Positions 27,180 through 36,346 of a stretch of DNA of 64,000 nt are shown piece by piece. The stretch's first letter is position 1. Each line of letters opens with the position of its first letter. The notes under the pieces are model-generated. The model saw only the letters and a program-made list of their open reading frames with translations, was not told the DNA's origin and made no database searches. Made by a program: the position numbers and the translations under genes. This DNA comes from a bacterium (GTDB taxonomy: Bacteria > Pseudomonadota > Alphaproteobacteria > Rickettsiales > RI-342), in assembly GCA_016124905.1 (NCBI GenBank), contig WGMV01000008.1, positions 110,521 to 174,520 on the forward strand. The letters are read 5' to 3'.

Positions 27180-27327
27180 CTCCTTGGTTATTTGTAGGCT
27201 AGTCGGTAAGTTAAATAGTCTAAATCTTTTTCAGCTCGCCGGGCACGCCCAGTCAAATTAAGCTGCCCCTTTTAGCCGCACTGATTGCACAAATCAATAG
27301 CGGTTTACGAAGGGTTAATGCCATCCC

Positions 27328-28065
27328 TTACGGCATCAACAAACCGCCATTAATATGAAGGGTTTGGCCGGTTACATAGGCGGCTTCCTTGGATGCCAAG
27401 TATACCACCCCGCTGGCGATATCCGCCACATCGCCCATGCGGCCGGCCGGAATATTCTGCGTAATGCGCGTCTGCTGCTCTTCATTGAGCTTATCCGTCA
27501 TGGCGGTGGCAATAAAGCCCGGCGCCACCGCGTTGGCGGTAATGCCGCGGCTGGCCATTTCCTGCGCAATCGCTTTGGTGAAGCCGATAAGCCCGGCCTT
27601 GGCCGCCACATAATTGGCCTGGCCCGGGTTGCCCATCACCCCGACGACGGATGCCATGGTGATGATACGGCCGAACCGGCGCTTCATCATGTGTTTGCTC
27701 AACGCGCGGCAGAGTTTGAAGGTGGAGGTGAGGTTGACCGCGATCACCTGGTCCCAGTCCTCGTCCTTCATGCGCATCAGCAGCCCGTCGCGCGTAATGC
27801 CCGCATTCGCCACCAGAATATCCACCTGGCCGAGCGCGCTTTCGGCCTCTTCGGCCAGTTTCGCCGGGGCCTCGGGGTCGTTCAGGTTGGCGACGATCGC
27901 CACGGAATTACCGCCAATCTCCGCGCACAGCGCATCCAGCACCTCCTTGCGTGTGCTGCTCACCGCCACGCGCGCGCCTTGCGCCGCCAGGGCTTTCGCC
28001 ACGCTGGCGCCAATGCCGCCGCTCGCGCCGGTCACCAGTGCATTCATGCCGCTAAGGTCGAACAT
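27328..28065 (-). CDS. fabG: 3-oxoacyl-ACP reductase
   Basis: TGASGGIGAS, NAGITRD and YVAAKAG; 245 aa; upstream of acpP. Confidence 0.95.
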   Translation of the reverse strand: MFDLSGMNALVTGASGGIGASVAKALAAQGARVAVSSTRKEVLDALCAEIGGNSVAIVANLNDPEAPAKLAEEAESALGQVDILVANAGITRDGLLMRMKDEDWDQVIAVNLTSTFKLCRALSKHMMKRRFGRIITMASVVGVMGNPGQANYVAAKAGLIGFTKAIAQEMASRGITANAVAPGFIATAMTDKLNEEQQTRITQNIPAGRMGDVADIASGVVYLASKEAAYVTGQTLHINGGLLMP

Positions 28066-28159
28066 CCAAGCCCCCTCACATTCCTTTGCTGGGGCACGCC
28101 ATTAACTTATTCTGGCCCAAATGCCAAAGAGAAATCGCCACCCTCAGGCAAACCGCCCC

Positions 28160-29320
28160 CTAGGGCTGGCGGATATCCTGCCCGTCCTGGCGCAGGTTTT
28201 CCATATAAGCCGCAAGCGGTTTGAGGTAATTCGGTAGGTTTTCATAGCTTTCCATTGCCCGGCCGACGAGCAGCCAGTCCATGTAATCGTAAAAATCGGT
28301 CTGCCTGGGATAATCCCGCACGAAAACCGCGCTGTAATCCAGTCGTTCATCGTCCGTTCGCGACAGGGCGGAAAGCTTTTGCCATGCCTTGGCCTTGCTT
28401 TGGGCGAACACGTCCGGAGATTCGCTCCCGCCCGTCAGGCCGGGGTTCATCATGGCGCGGTAATGCTCGGTCAGGCTGGTCTCTGCCATCAGGCTGTCGC
28501 ATTCCCCAAGCCGCAGGGCGGCATCGACCGCTTCTTTGCTATGCAGCTTAAGCGAAGGGATAAGCAGCGGGTGATGCGAACGGCTGTCATTCAGCCCGTA
28601 GGCAATGCGGTTCAGGCAGTAAAGCCGGGTAAGGTAGCCATCGCTGTTTGGAATGGTGAGTTCCTTACCGTCGCGCGCAAGAAAACCAATCAACGGTTCA
28701 TGCGACAGCGGGCAGTCGGGAGAGGCCAGCAGGTCGGCAGCTTTCTGGATTTCATGTTGAAGTTCATCCAGCCTGGCCGCATAGGCGCCACCATCATCCG
28801 GCAATGCCTGGCGGAGCATCTCTTCATCCTGTTTCGGCAGGTTGCGTCCGGCCCGCCACTGCATCGCTGCCAGAAAACCAGTCCGGTCGTGGGAATCATT
28901 CCCACCCCATTGCAGGTCATGATAACGCTCCTTGAAGGTAACGCTGCTTCTCCTGTCAACGGCAATGCCCTTCTCCCGCAGTGCGCCTGCCCACCAGTCC
29001 ATGGCTTCGCCCATCATCATGCTGTAGGTTTTGCATGCGTCATCGCACCGCTGAACAAGCTCACGGCTGGCGGCGCTCATGCGTTGCTGGTTCACATGTT
29101 GCCATAGCCCGATTGCCCCCATGCGCCCGAGGTTATGGATATCCACCAGATGGTTTGCATCCATCGCCTCGTCGCCTGCCCGGTGGATGGATGGCGCCCC
29201 GGCATGGCGATAAACCATATGATACCCAAGCTCCTGAAACAAAAACGCCGCCTGCATTGGGGTAAGGGCAAGGAAAGGGGCGAAAGGGTACGGGCTGCCG
29301 TGAATAAGCCGTTCGTTCAT
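28160..29320 (-). CDS. orphan paralogue 1 of 3 (386 aa) inside the fab operon
   Basis: Shares PYPF.PFLA, HLVD.HNL.RMGA.G.WQHV, QRCDxAC, CPL, LYCLN, LNDSRxHHP and LPxxLKPLxAYME with the next two genes. Its ATG overlaps the upstream stop (ATGA). Confidence 0.8.
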   Translation of the reverse strand: MNERLIHGSPYPFAPFLALTPMQAAFLFQELGYHMVYRHAGAPSIHRAGDEAMDANHLVDIHNLGRMGAIGLWQHVNQQRMSAASRELVQRCDDACKTYSMMMGEAMDWWAGALREKGIAVDRRSSVTFKERYHDLQWGGNDSHDRTGFLAAMQWRAGRNLPKQDEEMLRQALPDDGGAYAARLDELQHEIQKAADLLASPDCPLSHEPLIGFLARDGKELTIPNSDGYLTRLYCLNRIAYGLNDSRSHHPLLIPSLKLHSKEAVDAALRLGECDSLMAETSLTEHYRAMMNPGLTGGSESPDVFAQSKAKAWQKLSALSRTDDERLDYSAVFVRDYPRQTDFYDYMDWLLVGRAMESYENLPNYLKPLAAYMENLRQDGQDIRQP

Positions 29321-30483
29321 TCGAAACCCCGTTCCTGTTCCATGGGTCGCAGCGTTTCCATATAGGCATGCAGCGGCTTCAGGAAATCTGGCAGGGCCAT
29401 GTGCTCGTCCATCATTTTGCCGAGCAGCAGCCAGTCCAGCCAGGCGCTGCGCTCGGGCGTCGATTCCACGGCAAGGCTGAAGAACAGGTCGTAATCAAGC
29501 CCGCCCTCTGCCGTATGCGGCAGAGACTGGAACACCCCAAGCGCGCGGACCTTATGGCTTGCAAACGCATTCTGCATGCCCTGGGCGTCGGGGGCGATGA
29601 TGCGCATCATCGCCCGGTAATCCTCCATCCGGCAGGCGGTAGCCATATCCTCGTCCAGATGCCCCAGCTTAACGGCGGAATCCTTACCCTCGGCGGTGCG
29701 GTCCTTGAGCGCGGCGATGAGAACCGGGTGATGATGACGGCTGTCATTCAACCCTCGCCCGGTCTGGTTCAGGCAATAGAGGTTAAGCAACAGGTTGCGC
29801 TGGTTGGGGATGATGATGGGGTTGCCTTCGGGATAGTCGAAAGGAATGGCCGCCTCACCGGAAAGCGGGCAGCGCCCCTCATTCAGCAGGCCGGTCAGTT
29901 CAAGCAGTTCCTCTTCCAGCGCCAGGATTTCCCGGCTGGTTGCCTCCGGCACGTCACGTTGAGCGTGTTTCAGCGCCAAAACGTCGGATGGCCAGGGAAT
30001 ATCGTCCAGCGCTCCACCCGCATACCATCGCAGCACATTCAGAAAACCCACATCATCAACCGAAGAGCCCTGCGCCCAGCCAAATCCGGGATAGCGGGTT
30101 CTAAACGAGGAAGTCACCTCGCGGGAGTGGCGTACTTCCGGGTCGTCAATACTGTTTTTCCACCATTGCAGGGCTTCGCCGGTCAGCTGGGCGTAACGGC
30201 TGCAGGCGGCATCGCAGCGCTGAATAAAGGCACGGCTTTCCGGGCTTAACGCCTCCTGGTCGACATGCTGCCAGATGCCGAGTGCACCCATGCGCGCCAG
30301 ATTATGCAAATCCACCAGGTGCCGTTCCTGCCGTGCGGGCTCGCCCGCGCGCGCCGTGGATGCCGCCCCGCGATATTCCCCATACATCAGCATGGCGATA
30401 TCCATGAAAAAATTGCCCGCCTCAAGCGGCATCATCGCCAGAAACGGCTCAAACGGGTAGGGGCTGTGTGTCGCATTATTCAT
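29317..30483 (-). CDS. orphan paralogue 2 of 3 (388 aa)
   Basis: Start moved to ATG 30483 (MNNATHSPYPFEPFLAM) by alignment with its paralogues. It overlaps the stop of paralogue 3 by 8 nt. Confidence 0.8.
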   Translation of the reverse strand: MNNATHSPYPFEPFLAMMPLEAGNFFMDIAMLMYGEYRGAASTARAGEPARQERHLVDLHNLARMGALGIWQHVDQEALSPESRAFIQRCDAACSRYAQLTGEALQWWKNSIDDPEVRHSREVTSSFRTRYPGFGWAQGSSVDDVGFLNVLRWYAGGALDDIPWPSDVLALKHAQRDVPEATSREILALEEELLELTGLLNEGRCPLSGEAAIPFDYPEGNPIIIPNQRNLLLNLYCLNQTGRGLNDSRHHHPVLIAALKDRTAEGKDSAVKLGHLDEDMATACRMEDYRAMMRIIAPDAQGMQNAFASHKVRALGVFQSLPHTAEGGLDYDLFFSLAVESTPERSAWLDWLLLGKMMDEHMALPDFLKPLHAYMETLRPMEQERGFE

Positions 30484-31636
30484 AACGCGCCTCCTGCCCG
30501 TCCGGCTGCCGGACGGATTCCATATAGGCATGCAGCGGCTTCAGGAAATCCGGCAGGTTGGCATGCTCATCCAGCGCGGTCCCGAGCAGCAGCCAGTCCA
30601 GCCATTCGCCCACATGGCCATAACCCTCGGCCTTCCGGATGAACAGGTCATGAAGGTCAATCCCTGCCTCCCTATGGTGGGGTAGGGTTGTGAATTTCTT
30701 CAGCCCGCGTTCCTTATGGAAGGCAAAACCGTTGCCCGTTATGGCGCCCTCCGCCAGCGCGGGGTTGAGCGTGGCACGGAAATCCTCTTCCCCCGAACCA
30801 TTGCGGATCAGCTCATCCATGGTCTTGAGACGCTCCACCGCATCCACCCCCTCGTAGGAATATAGCTTGAGGGAGGGGATGAGAGACGGGTGATGGTGTC
30901 GGCTGTCATTCAGGCCGAGCGCCGTCTGGTGCAGGCAGTAAAGCGCCATGAGCATCCGGTTGGTATTGGGCAAAAGAAGGGGGGCGTTTTCCGGGAAGAT
31001 GAGGGGGATGAAATCTTCCTCAAGCAGCGGGCAGCGGCCGTTTTCCAGCATGTCCGCCAGTTCCCTCAACTGGTCGTCCAATATATAAATCTCGGTTTGA
31101 ACGGCGGCCGGAACATCCTGCGCGGCCCGCTTCAGCCGGTGATAATCGTCATAATGCGAAATCAGGTCGAAACTCTGGCCGGAATACCATTTCAGCACGG
31201 CGAAAAAGCCGGTCCAGTCATGCTGGTTGCCGCGCTTCCATTCCAGGCCGGGATAGCGCGCGCGAAACGCGCCGGTTACGTCGCGCGTGTGGGCGATGCC
31301 GTCATCCCCCACATGCTCCTTCCACCATTGCAGCGCCTCGCCGACCAGTTCCGCATAGCGGCTGCACGCCGCGTCGCATTGCTGGATGAAGGCCTGGCTG
31401 GCGGGGCTCAGTTTGCTTTGGTCCACCAGTTCCCAAAGGCTGTATGCGCCTATGCGCGCCAGGCTGTGCACGTCAACGGCATGGGGTTCCGGCGGAGGGG
31501 GGCTGCCCGCGCGCCGGGTGGAAACCGCTCCACCCGAATGGTGCGGCATATGGTCGGCCATCACGGAAAAGAGCTTGCCCGCCTCATAGGGGGTCATGGC
31601 GAGGAACGGCTCAAAAGGGTAGGGGCGGTTCGGCAT
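30476..31636 (-). CDS. orphan paralogue 3 of 3 (386 aa)
   Basis: MPNRPYPFEPFLAMTPYEAG... with the same conserved blocks. It lies 84 nt downstream of fabD. Confidence 0.8.
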   Translation of the reverse strand: MPNRPYPFEPFLAMTPYEAGKLFSVMADHMPHHSGGAVSTRRAGSPPPPEPHAVDVHSLARIGAYSLWELVDQSKLSPASQAFIQQCDAACSRYAELVGEALQWWKEHVGDDGIAHTRDVTGAFRARYPGLEWKRGNQHDWTGFFAVLKWYSGQSFDLISHYDDYHRLKRAAQDVPAAVQTEIYILDDQLRELADMLENGRCPLLEEDFIPLIFPENAPLLLPNTNRMLMALYCLHQTALGLNDSRHHHPSLIPSLKLYSYEGVDAVERLKTMDELIRNGSGEEDFRATLNPALAEGAITGNGFAFHKERGLKKFTTLPHHREAGIDLHDLFIRKAEGYGHVGEWLDWLLLGTALDEHANLPDFLKPLHAYMESVRQPDGQEARYE

Positions 31637-31720
31637 GGCGGCTCATGGAAGAAAAACAAGCCTTTATGGCGCTTTCTTGCAACAAAACCATGTCACTGGA
31701 ATGACAAAATCATGACGGCC

Positions 31721-32677
31721 TTAGGCCGCAATGGGCTCATTCAGCAGTTTTTCAAGCGCTTCCAGGTCCGCCGGGGAGGAAACGCTGATGGCGCGCACCT
31801 CCCGGTTGATGCGCTTGGTAAGCCCGGTCAGCACGTTGCCATGGCCGATTTCCACCAGCGTTTTCACGCCGTTATCCACCATATAATTCACACTTTCCCT
31901 CCAGCGCACCATGCCGGTCACCTGCTCGATCAGCAGGCGGCGGATAACATCGGGCTGCTCGGCTTCTTCGGCCGTGACATTGGCGATCAGCGGCACCACG
32001 GGTTTGTTGATGGTGGTCGCTTCCAGCGCCTGTTGCATCTTCTGCTGGGCGGAAAACATCAGGCTGCAATGGAAGGGCGCGCTGACGGCCAGCAGCACGC
32101 TGCGCTTAGCGCCGCGTTCCTTGGCCATGTCCACCGCGCGTTCGATGGCGCGTTTCGCCCCGCTTATCACCACTTGGCCGGGGCAGTTATCGTTGGCGAT
32201 CTGGCAGGTATCGGTGCTGGCGCATGCATCGGTGATGCTTTTAATCTCGTCGATTTCCAGCCCAAGGATGGCGGCCATGGCGCCTTCGCCCACGGGCACG
32301 GCTTCCTGCATTGCCAGGCCGCGCAGTTTCAAAAGCCTGGCGGCATCGGCCAGCGTGAAGCTGCCCGCGGCGCACAGCGCGGAATATTCACCCAGTGAAT
32401 GCCCGGCCACATAGGCAGCCTTGGCCGCCGTCAGGCCCAGCTGTTTTTCAATCACGCGCAAAATGGCCACCGAGGTGGTCATGATGGCGGGTTGCGTGTT
32501 CACCGTCAGCGTCAAATCGCTTTCCGGTCCTTCAAAAATGATTTTGCTCAGCTTGAAGCCGATGGCGTCGTCCGCCTCTTCAAACACATGGCGCGCCTCC
32601 GCATAACTCTCGGCAAAAGCCTTTCCCATCCCAACAGCCTGGGAACCCTGTCCCGGAAACGTAAGCGCCAGCGGCAT
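31721..32677 (-). CDS. fabD: malonyl CoA-ACP transacylase
   Basis: FPGQGSQAVGMG and GHSLGEYSAL. Start moved to ATG 32677 (MPLALTFPGQG). Confidence 0.95.
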   Translation of the reverse strand: MPLALTFPGQGSQAVGMGKAFAESYAEARHVFEEADDAIGFKLSKIIFEGPESDLTLTVNTQPAIMTTSVAILRVIEKQLGLTAAKAAYVAGHSLGEYSALCAAGSFTLADAARLLKLRGLAMQEAVPVGEGAMAAILGLEIDEIKSITDACASTDTCQIANDNCPGQVVISGAKRAIERAVDMAKERGAKRSVLLAVSAPFHCSLMFSAQQKMQQALEATTINKPVVPLIANVTAEEAEQPDVIRRLLIEQVTGMVRWRESVNYMVDNGVKTLVEIGHGNVLTGLTKRINREVRAISVSSPADLEALEKLLNEPIAA

Positions 32678-32793
32678 ATCAAACCTCAATTCAAATTGGA
32701 GGCGAATGCTAACCTTGCCGCATGGCAATGTCAAAGCCGGAGCGAGTCATCCCTTTCGGCCTCCCGTCACCCCAGCCGTGAGCGCGGCGCGTA

Positions 32794-32940
32794 CGCCGCT
32801 GTTCCATTGCGCAGCAACGCGAAGCAGGGAACAAACATATATAAGCAGAGCGCGGCGTCTGCGCGAAGCGCAGGGTTATTAACTTCGCCGCTGTTCCATT
32901 GCGCAGCAACGCGAAGCAGATAACAAACTTATAATGAAGC
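32794..32940. repeat. direct repeat, two ~50-bp copies 92 bp apart
   Basis: CGCCGCTGTTCCATTGCGCAGCAACGCGAAGCAG occurs at 32794-32827 and again at 32886-32919, each time followed by a similar AACAAAC-TAT-A tail. The hairpin CTGCGC-GAA-GCGCAG lies between them. Confidence 0.7.
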
Positions 32941-34209
32941 CGAGCGAAGCGAAGACACCTGCACGGCGGGCGCTTTATTATGCGCATTGCAGAAATCCAC
33001 AATGATCGGCACCACATGCTCGCGGTATTTGCGGCCGTTGAAGATGCCGTAATGGCCCACGCCCGGCTGGCAATGGTGGTGCTTCATGTCCTCGGGCAGG
33101 TTTTTGCACAGCTTCTGCGCGGCCTTCGTCTGGCCCACGCCGGAAATATCGTCCAGTTCCCCTTCCAGCGTCAAAAGCGCCGTGCGTGTAATGGCCGAAG
33201 GCTGAATTTTCCGCCCGCGTGACACCATCTTGCCGCGGGGCAGGGAATGATCCTGAAACACTGTTTTGATCGTCTGCAGGTAGAATTCCGCCGGCAGATC
33301 GAGCACGGAGAGATATTCATTGTAAAACTTGCGGTGCGCCTCGGCGGATTCGCCGTCGCCCTTCACCAGATGCTGAAACAACTTGATATGCTCGCCGATA
33401 TGGCGTTCCAGGTTCAGCTGCATAAAGCCCGAAAGCTGCAAAAATCCCGGATACACACGGCGCATAAAGCCCGGATAATTGAACGGCACCCGCGTCACCA
33501 CATTCTGCTCAAACCAGTTGAGCGAGCGCGTATAGGCCAGGCGGTTCACTTCGGTGGGGTTGATGCGCGTGTCGATCGGCCCGCCGATCAGCGTCATGGA
33601 GCGCGGCGCCTTGGGGTTTTCTTCCGCATTCATGATGGAAACGGCCGCCAGCACGGGCACGGCAGGCTGGCACACGGCCAGCACATGCACTTCCGGCCCG
33701 AGCACGGAGATGAATTCATGTACGTAATCAATATAATCATCCAGGTCGAACGTGCCTTCATAAACAGGCACTTCGCGCGCATCCATCCAGTCGGTGATAT
33801 AGACCTCAAAATGCGGGATCAGCGCTTCCACCGTGCCGCGCAGCAGCGTGGCGTAATGGCCCGAAAGCGGTGCTACCACCAGCATTTTCGGCAGATGGCT
33901 CGTGTGGTGATGCTGAAATTTCAGCAGCGTGCAGAAGGGTTTTTCCATCACCGCCTTTTCGGTCACCTTGTAGGTTTTGCCGTCAATGACGGTTTCGGTG
34001 AGGCCAAATTCCGGCTTGTTATATTTGCGGGTAACGCGCTCCAGCAACTCGCTTCCGGCGGCCATGTGGCGGGAGCCGGGCATATAGGCAAGCGGGCTGG
34101 CGGGGTTGGTGTAAAGCTCACGCCCCATTTTAGCGAGCATCTGGAGCGGTGCGAAGCTGGCCTTATGCCATTCGTGCATCTGGTAAAGGCCGCTATTTTC
34201 AAGAAACAT
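32929..34209 (-). CDS. phaZ: intracellular polyhydroxyalkanoate depolymerase
   Basis: N-terminal LYQMHEWHKASFAPL, the stretch VVAPLSGHYATLLRGTVE, and overall length and pattern match PhaZ-type PHB depolymerases as I remember them. Confidence 0.82.
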   Translation of the reverse strand: MFLENSGLYQMHEWHKASFAPLQMLAKMGRELYTNPASPLAYMPGSRHMAAGSELLERVTRKYNKPEFGLTETVIDGKTYKVTEKAVMEKPFCTLLKFQHHHTSHLPKMLVVAPLSGHYATLLRGTVEALIPHFEVYITDWMDAREVPVYEGTFDLDDYIDYVHEFISVLGPEVHVLAVCQPAVPVLAAVSIMNAEENPKAPRSMTLIGGPIDTRINPTEVNRLAYTRSLNWFEQNVVTRVPFNYPGFMRRVYPGFLQLSGFMQLNLERHIGEHIKLFQHLVKGDGESAEAHRKFYNEYLSVLDLPAEFYLQTIKTVFQDHSLPRGKMVSRGRKIQPSAITRTALLTLEGELDDISGVGQTKAAQKLCKNLPEDMKHHHCQPGVGHYGIFNGRKYREHVVPIIVDFCNAHNKAPAVQVSSLRSASL

Positions 34210-34488
34210 ACAAAAATCCGTTATTGGTGACGCTGCAGGGCAGCAAACTAGACAAACCCATCATAACAGGGAACCCCTAAGAGTTCCTTTCCAATTCGCG
34301 CTCGCAGCAAAATCCGCGCAAAACGATAAATAGTCAACATCTTGTGTTTGTCATCCACAAAACGCTGCAATTTTAGCGATAGTTTGTGCTGGAAAGCAAC
34401 GCACAAATCCGCTAACAATCGGTAAATATCGAAGCTATGTGTAGCCACATAAGTTTTCGAGACACATGTTTTACAAGGGAGTGTTTGC

Positions 34489-35232
34489 ATGTTTCGTCGG
34501 CGCGATGTCACGGCACTGCTGGAAACCGAAAATCAGGTGGATGCAGCCGAAGCCTATAATGAAGCCACCGCAGCCGATACATTGGACGACATGCCGACCG
34601 ACGGCTCCCCCCAGTCCATGAGCTACAATAAAGGCGAAAAACGTTCGCTTTCCGAGCATTTTGCCGAGCAGTCCCGCCCGGTGCGTCAGGCCTCCAGCCT
34701 GCCGCCGCGCCAGCCCATGCCCCCGTTCCCGGCCAGCAATGGCATGGCCACGGCCACCAGCATCACCCCCTCGAGCAGCGCGCCCCAGTCGGCCACGCTT
34801 GGTTCCCTGCTCGACAATGGCGAGCTGGAAGGGCAGAAGCGCATCCTCCGCGTCGGTGTGGAAACGGTTCTCAAAGGCGAAATCAGCCATTGCGACCGCG
34901 TCGTCATCGAAGGCCAGGTGGAAGCCCAGATGAAAGAAGTCGAGAGCATGCGCATCACCGATGGCGGCTCATTCGTCGGCACGGCCCGCGTCGGCTCCGC
35001 AGAGATCAGCGGCCGCTTTGAAGGCGAGCTGGTCGTCACCGGCCTGCTCACCATCGACGAAACCGGCTCCGTCAAAGGTAAAATCGCTTATGGCGCCATC
35101 GAAATCCGTCGTGGCGGCAGCATGTCCGGCGAAATCCGCATTGCTGGCATCGAGGATGGCGAAGCCAAAGCCCTGCCGTTCGACCTTCCGGCCAAATCCT
35201 CCCTGCGCCGCAAGCCGGTGGCCGCTGCTTAA
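34489..35232 (+). CDS. bactofilin-family cytoskeletal protein with a Pro/Ser-rich N-terminal extension
   Basis: The beta-helical repeat region RVVIEGQVEAQMKEVESMRITDGGSFVGTARVGSAEISGRFEGELVVTGLLTIDETGSVKGKIAYGAIEIRRGGSMSGEI. Confidence 0.85.
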   Translation: MFRRRDVTALLETENQVDAAEAYNEATAADTLDDMPTDGSPQSMSYNKGEKRSLSEHFAEQSRPVRQASSLPPRQPMPPFPASNGMATATSITPSSSAPQSATLGSLLDNGELEGQKRILRVGVETVLKGEISHCDRVVIEGQVEAQMKEVESMRITDGGSFVGTARVGSAEISGRFEGELVVTGLLTIDETGSVKGKIAYGAIEIRRGGSMSGEIRIAGIEDGEAKALPFDLPAKSSLRRKPVAAA

Positions 35233-35252
35233 GCACAGCCCGCTTGAAACAG

Positions 35253-35287
35253 AAAACCCCGCGTGATTGCTCACGCGGGGTTTTTTA
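35253..35287. terminator. bidirectional terminator between bactofilin and glpX (convergent genes)
   Basis: Stem CCCCGCGTGA / TCACGCGGGG with loop TTGC, flanked by AAAA and TTTTTT. Confidence 0.8.
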
Positions 35288-35311
35288 TTGCCCAGCGAAA
35301 GGCAAAGGGGC

Positions 35312-36334
35312 TTACATCCCCTCCGTCCAGTCTTCCTTGCGGGTGAAGTTATGTTCGGCTTCCACATAGCGCACCGTGCCGGTTTTGGAGCGCATCACCA
35401 GCGAATGCGTGCTGGCGCCGCCCTGCGTACGGCGCACGCCCTTCAGCATGAAGCCGTCGGTCACGCCGGTGGCGGCGAACATCACATCGCCCTTGGCCAT
35501 GTCCGTCATGCTGTAAATGCGGTTGAAATCCTCCACGCCCATGCGCTTGGCGCGCGTCTTTTCCTCTTCCTTGCGGAAGAGCAGGCGCCCCTGCATCTGC
35601 CCGCCGATGCAGCGCAGCGCGGCCGCGGCCAGCACGCCTTCCGGCGCGCCGCCCGTGCCCACATACATGTCGCCCACCGCCTGCGGTGTGGCGGTGGCAA
35701 TAATTCCCGCCACATCGCCATCGCCGATCAGCTGCACGCGCGCGCCCGTTTCCCGGGTTTTGGCGATCAGTTCCTGATGGCGCTCGCGGTCGAGGATGAT
35801 GACCACAATATCCGACGGGTCGCATTTCTTCGCTTTGGCCAGGTTTTTCACATTCTCAAGCGGGGAGGCGTCGATATGGATGACACCTGCAGGCAAGCCG
35901 CCGCCCACTGCGATTTTTTCCATATAGACATCCGGCGCATGCAAAAAGCCGCCGGCTTCGGCCATGGCCATCACGCTCATGGAATTCACGCCGCCCGTGG
36001 CGCAGATGGTCGTGCCTTCCAGCGGGTCCAGCGCGATATCCACCTTCGGTCCGTTATTATTGCCGACCTTTTCGCCGATATAAAGCATTGGCGCCTCGTC
36101 GCGCTCGCCTTCGCCAATCACCACCGTGCCCTCGATCGGCAGGGTATTGAGCGCACGCCGCATGGCTTCCACCGCGGCACGGTCGGCGGCCTTCTCATCC
36201 CCGCGTCCCATCCAGCGGGAGCAGGCAAGCGCGGCGGCTTCCGTCACGCGCACGGCTTCCAGCGCCAGGTTGCGGTCCAGCGTCAGGGCTTCGATATCAC
36301 CATTGGCGGTGAGTTTGGTTGCGGCAAACGTCAT
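35312..36334 (-). CDS. glpX: class II fructose-1,6-bisphosphatase
   Basis: LALEAVRVTEAAALA, GEGERDEAPMLYIGEKVG and DPLEGTT; 340 aa. Confidence 0.93.
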   Translation of the reverse strand: MTFAATKLTANGDIEALTLDRNLALEAVRVTEAAALACSRWMGRGDEKAADRAAVEAMRRALNTLPIEGTVVIGEGERDEAPMLYIGEKVGNNNGPKVDIALDPLEGTTICATGGVNSMSVMAMAEAGGFLHAPDVYMEKIAVGGGLPAGVIHIDASPLENVKNLAKAKKCDPSDIVVIILDRERHQELIAKTRETGARVQLIGDGDVAGIIATATPQAVGDMYVGTGGAPEGVLAAAALRCIGGQMQGRLLFRKEEEKTRAKRMGVEDFNRIYSMTDMAKGDVMFAATGVTDGFMLKGVRRTQGGASTHSLVMRSKTGTVRYVEAEHNFTRKEDWTEGM

Positions 36335-36346
36335 GTTTTTATTCTC

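Noticed and set aside
28075-28094. Possible degenerate GTCATTCC-type element (CTCACATTCCTTTGCTGGGG) at the fabG-side junction of the paralogue insertion
   Set aside because: It matches only in short words and has a mismatch in the core (ACATTCC vs TCATTCC). That is too weak to call without a genome-wide model of the element.
30890-32398. 502-aa ORF on the plus strand
   Set aside because: Antisense to paralogue 3 and fabD. It crosses the intergenic gap between two real minus-strand genes and is Arg/Gly/His-rich.
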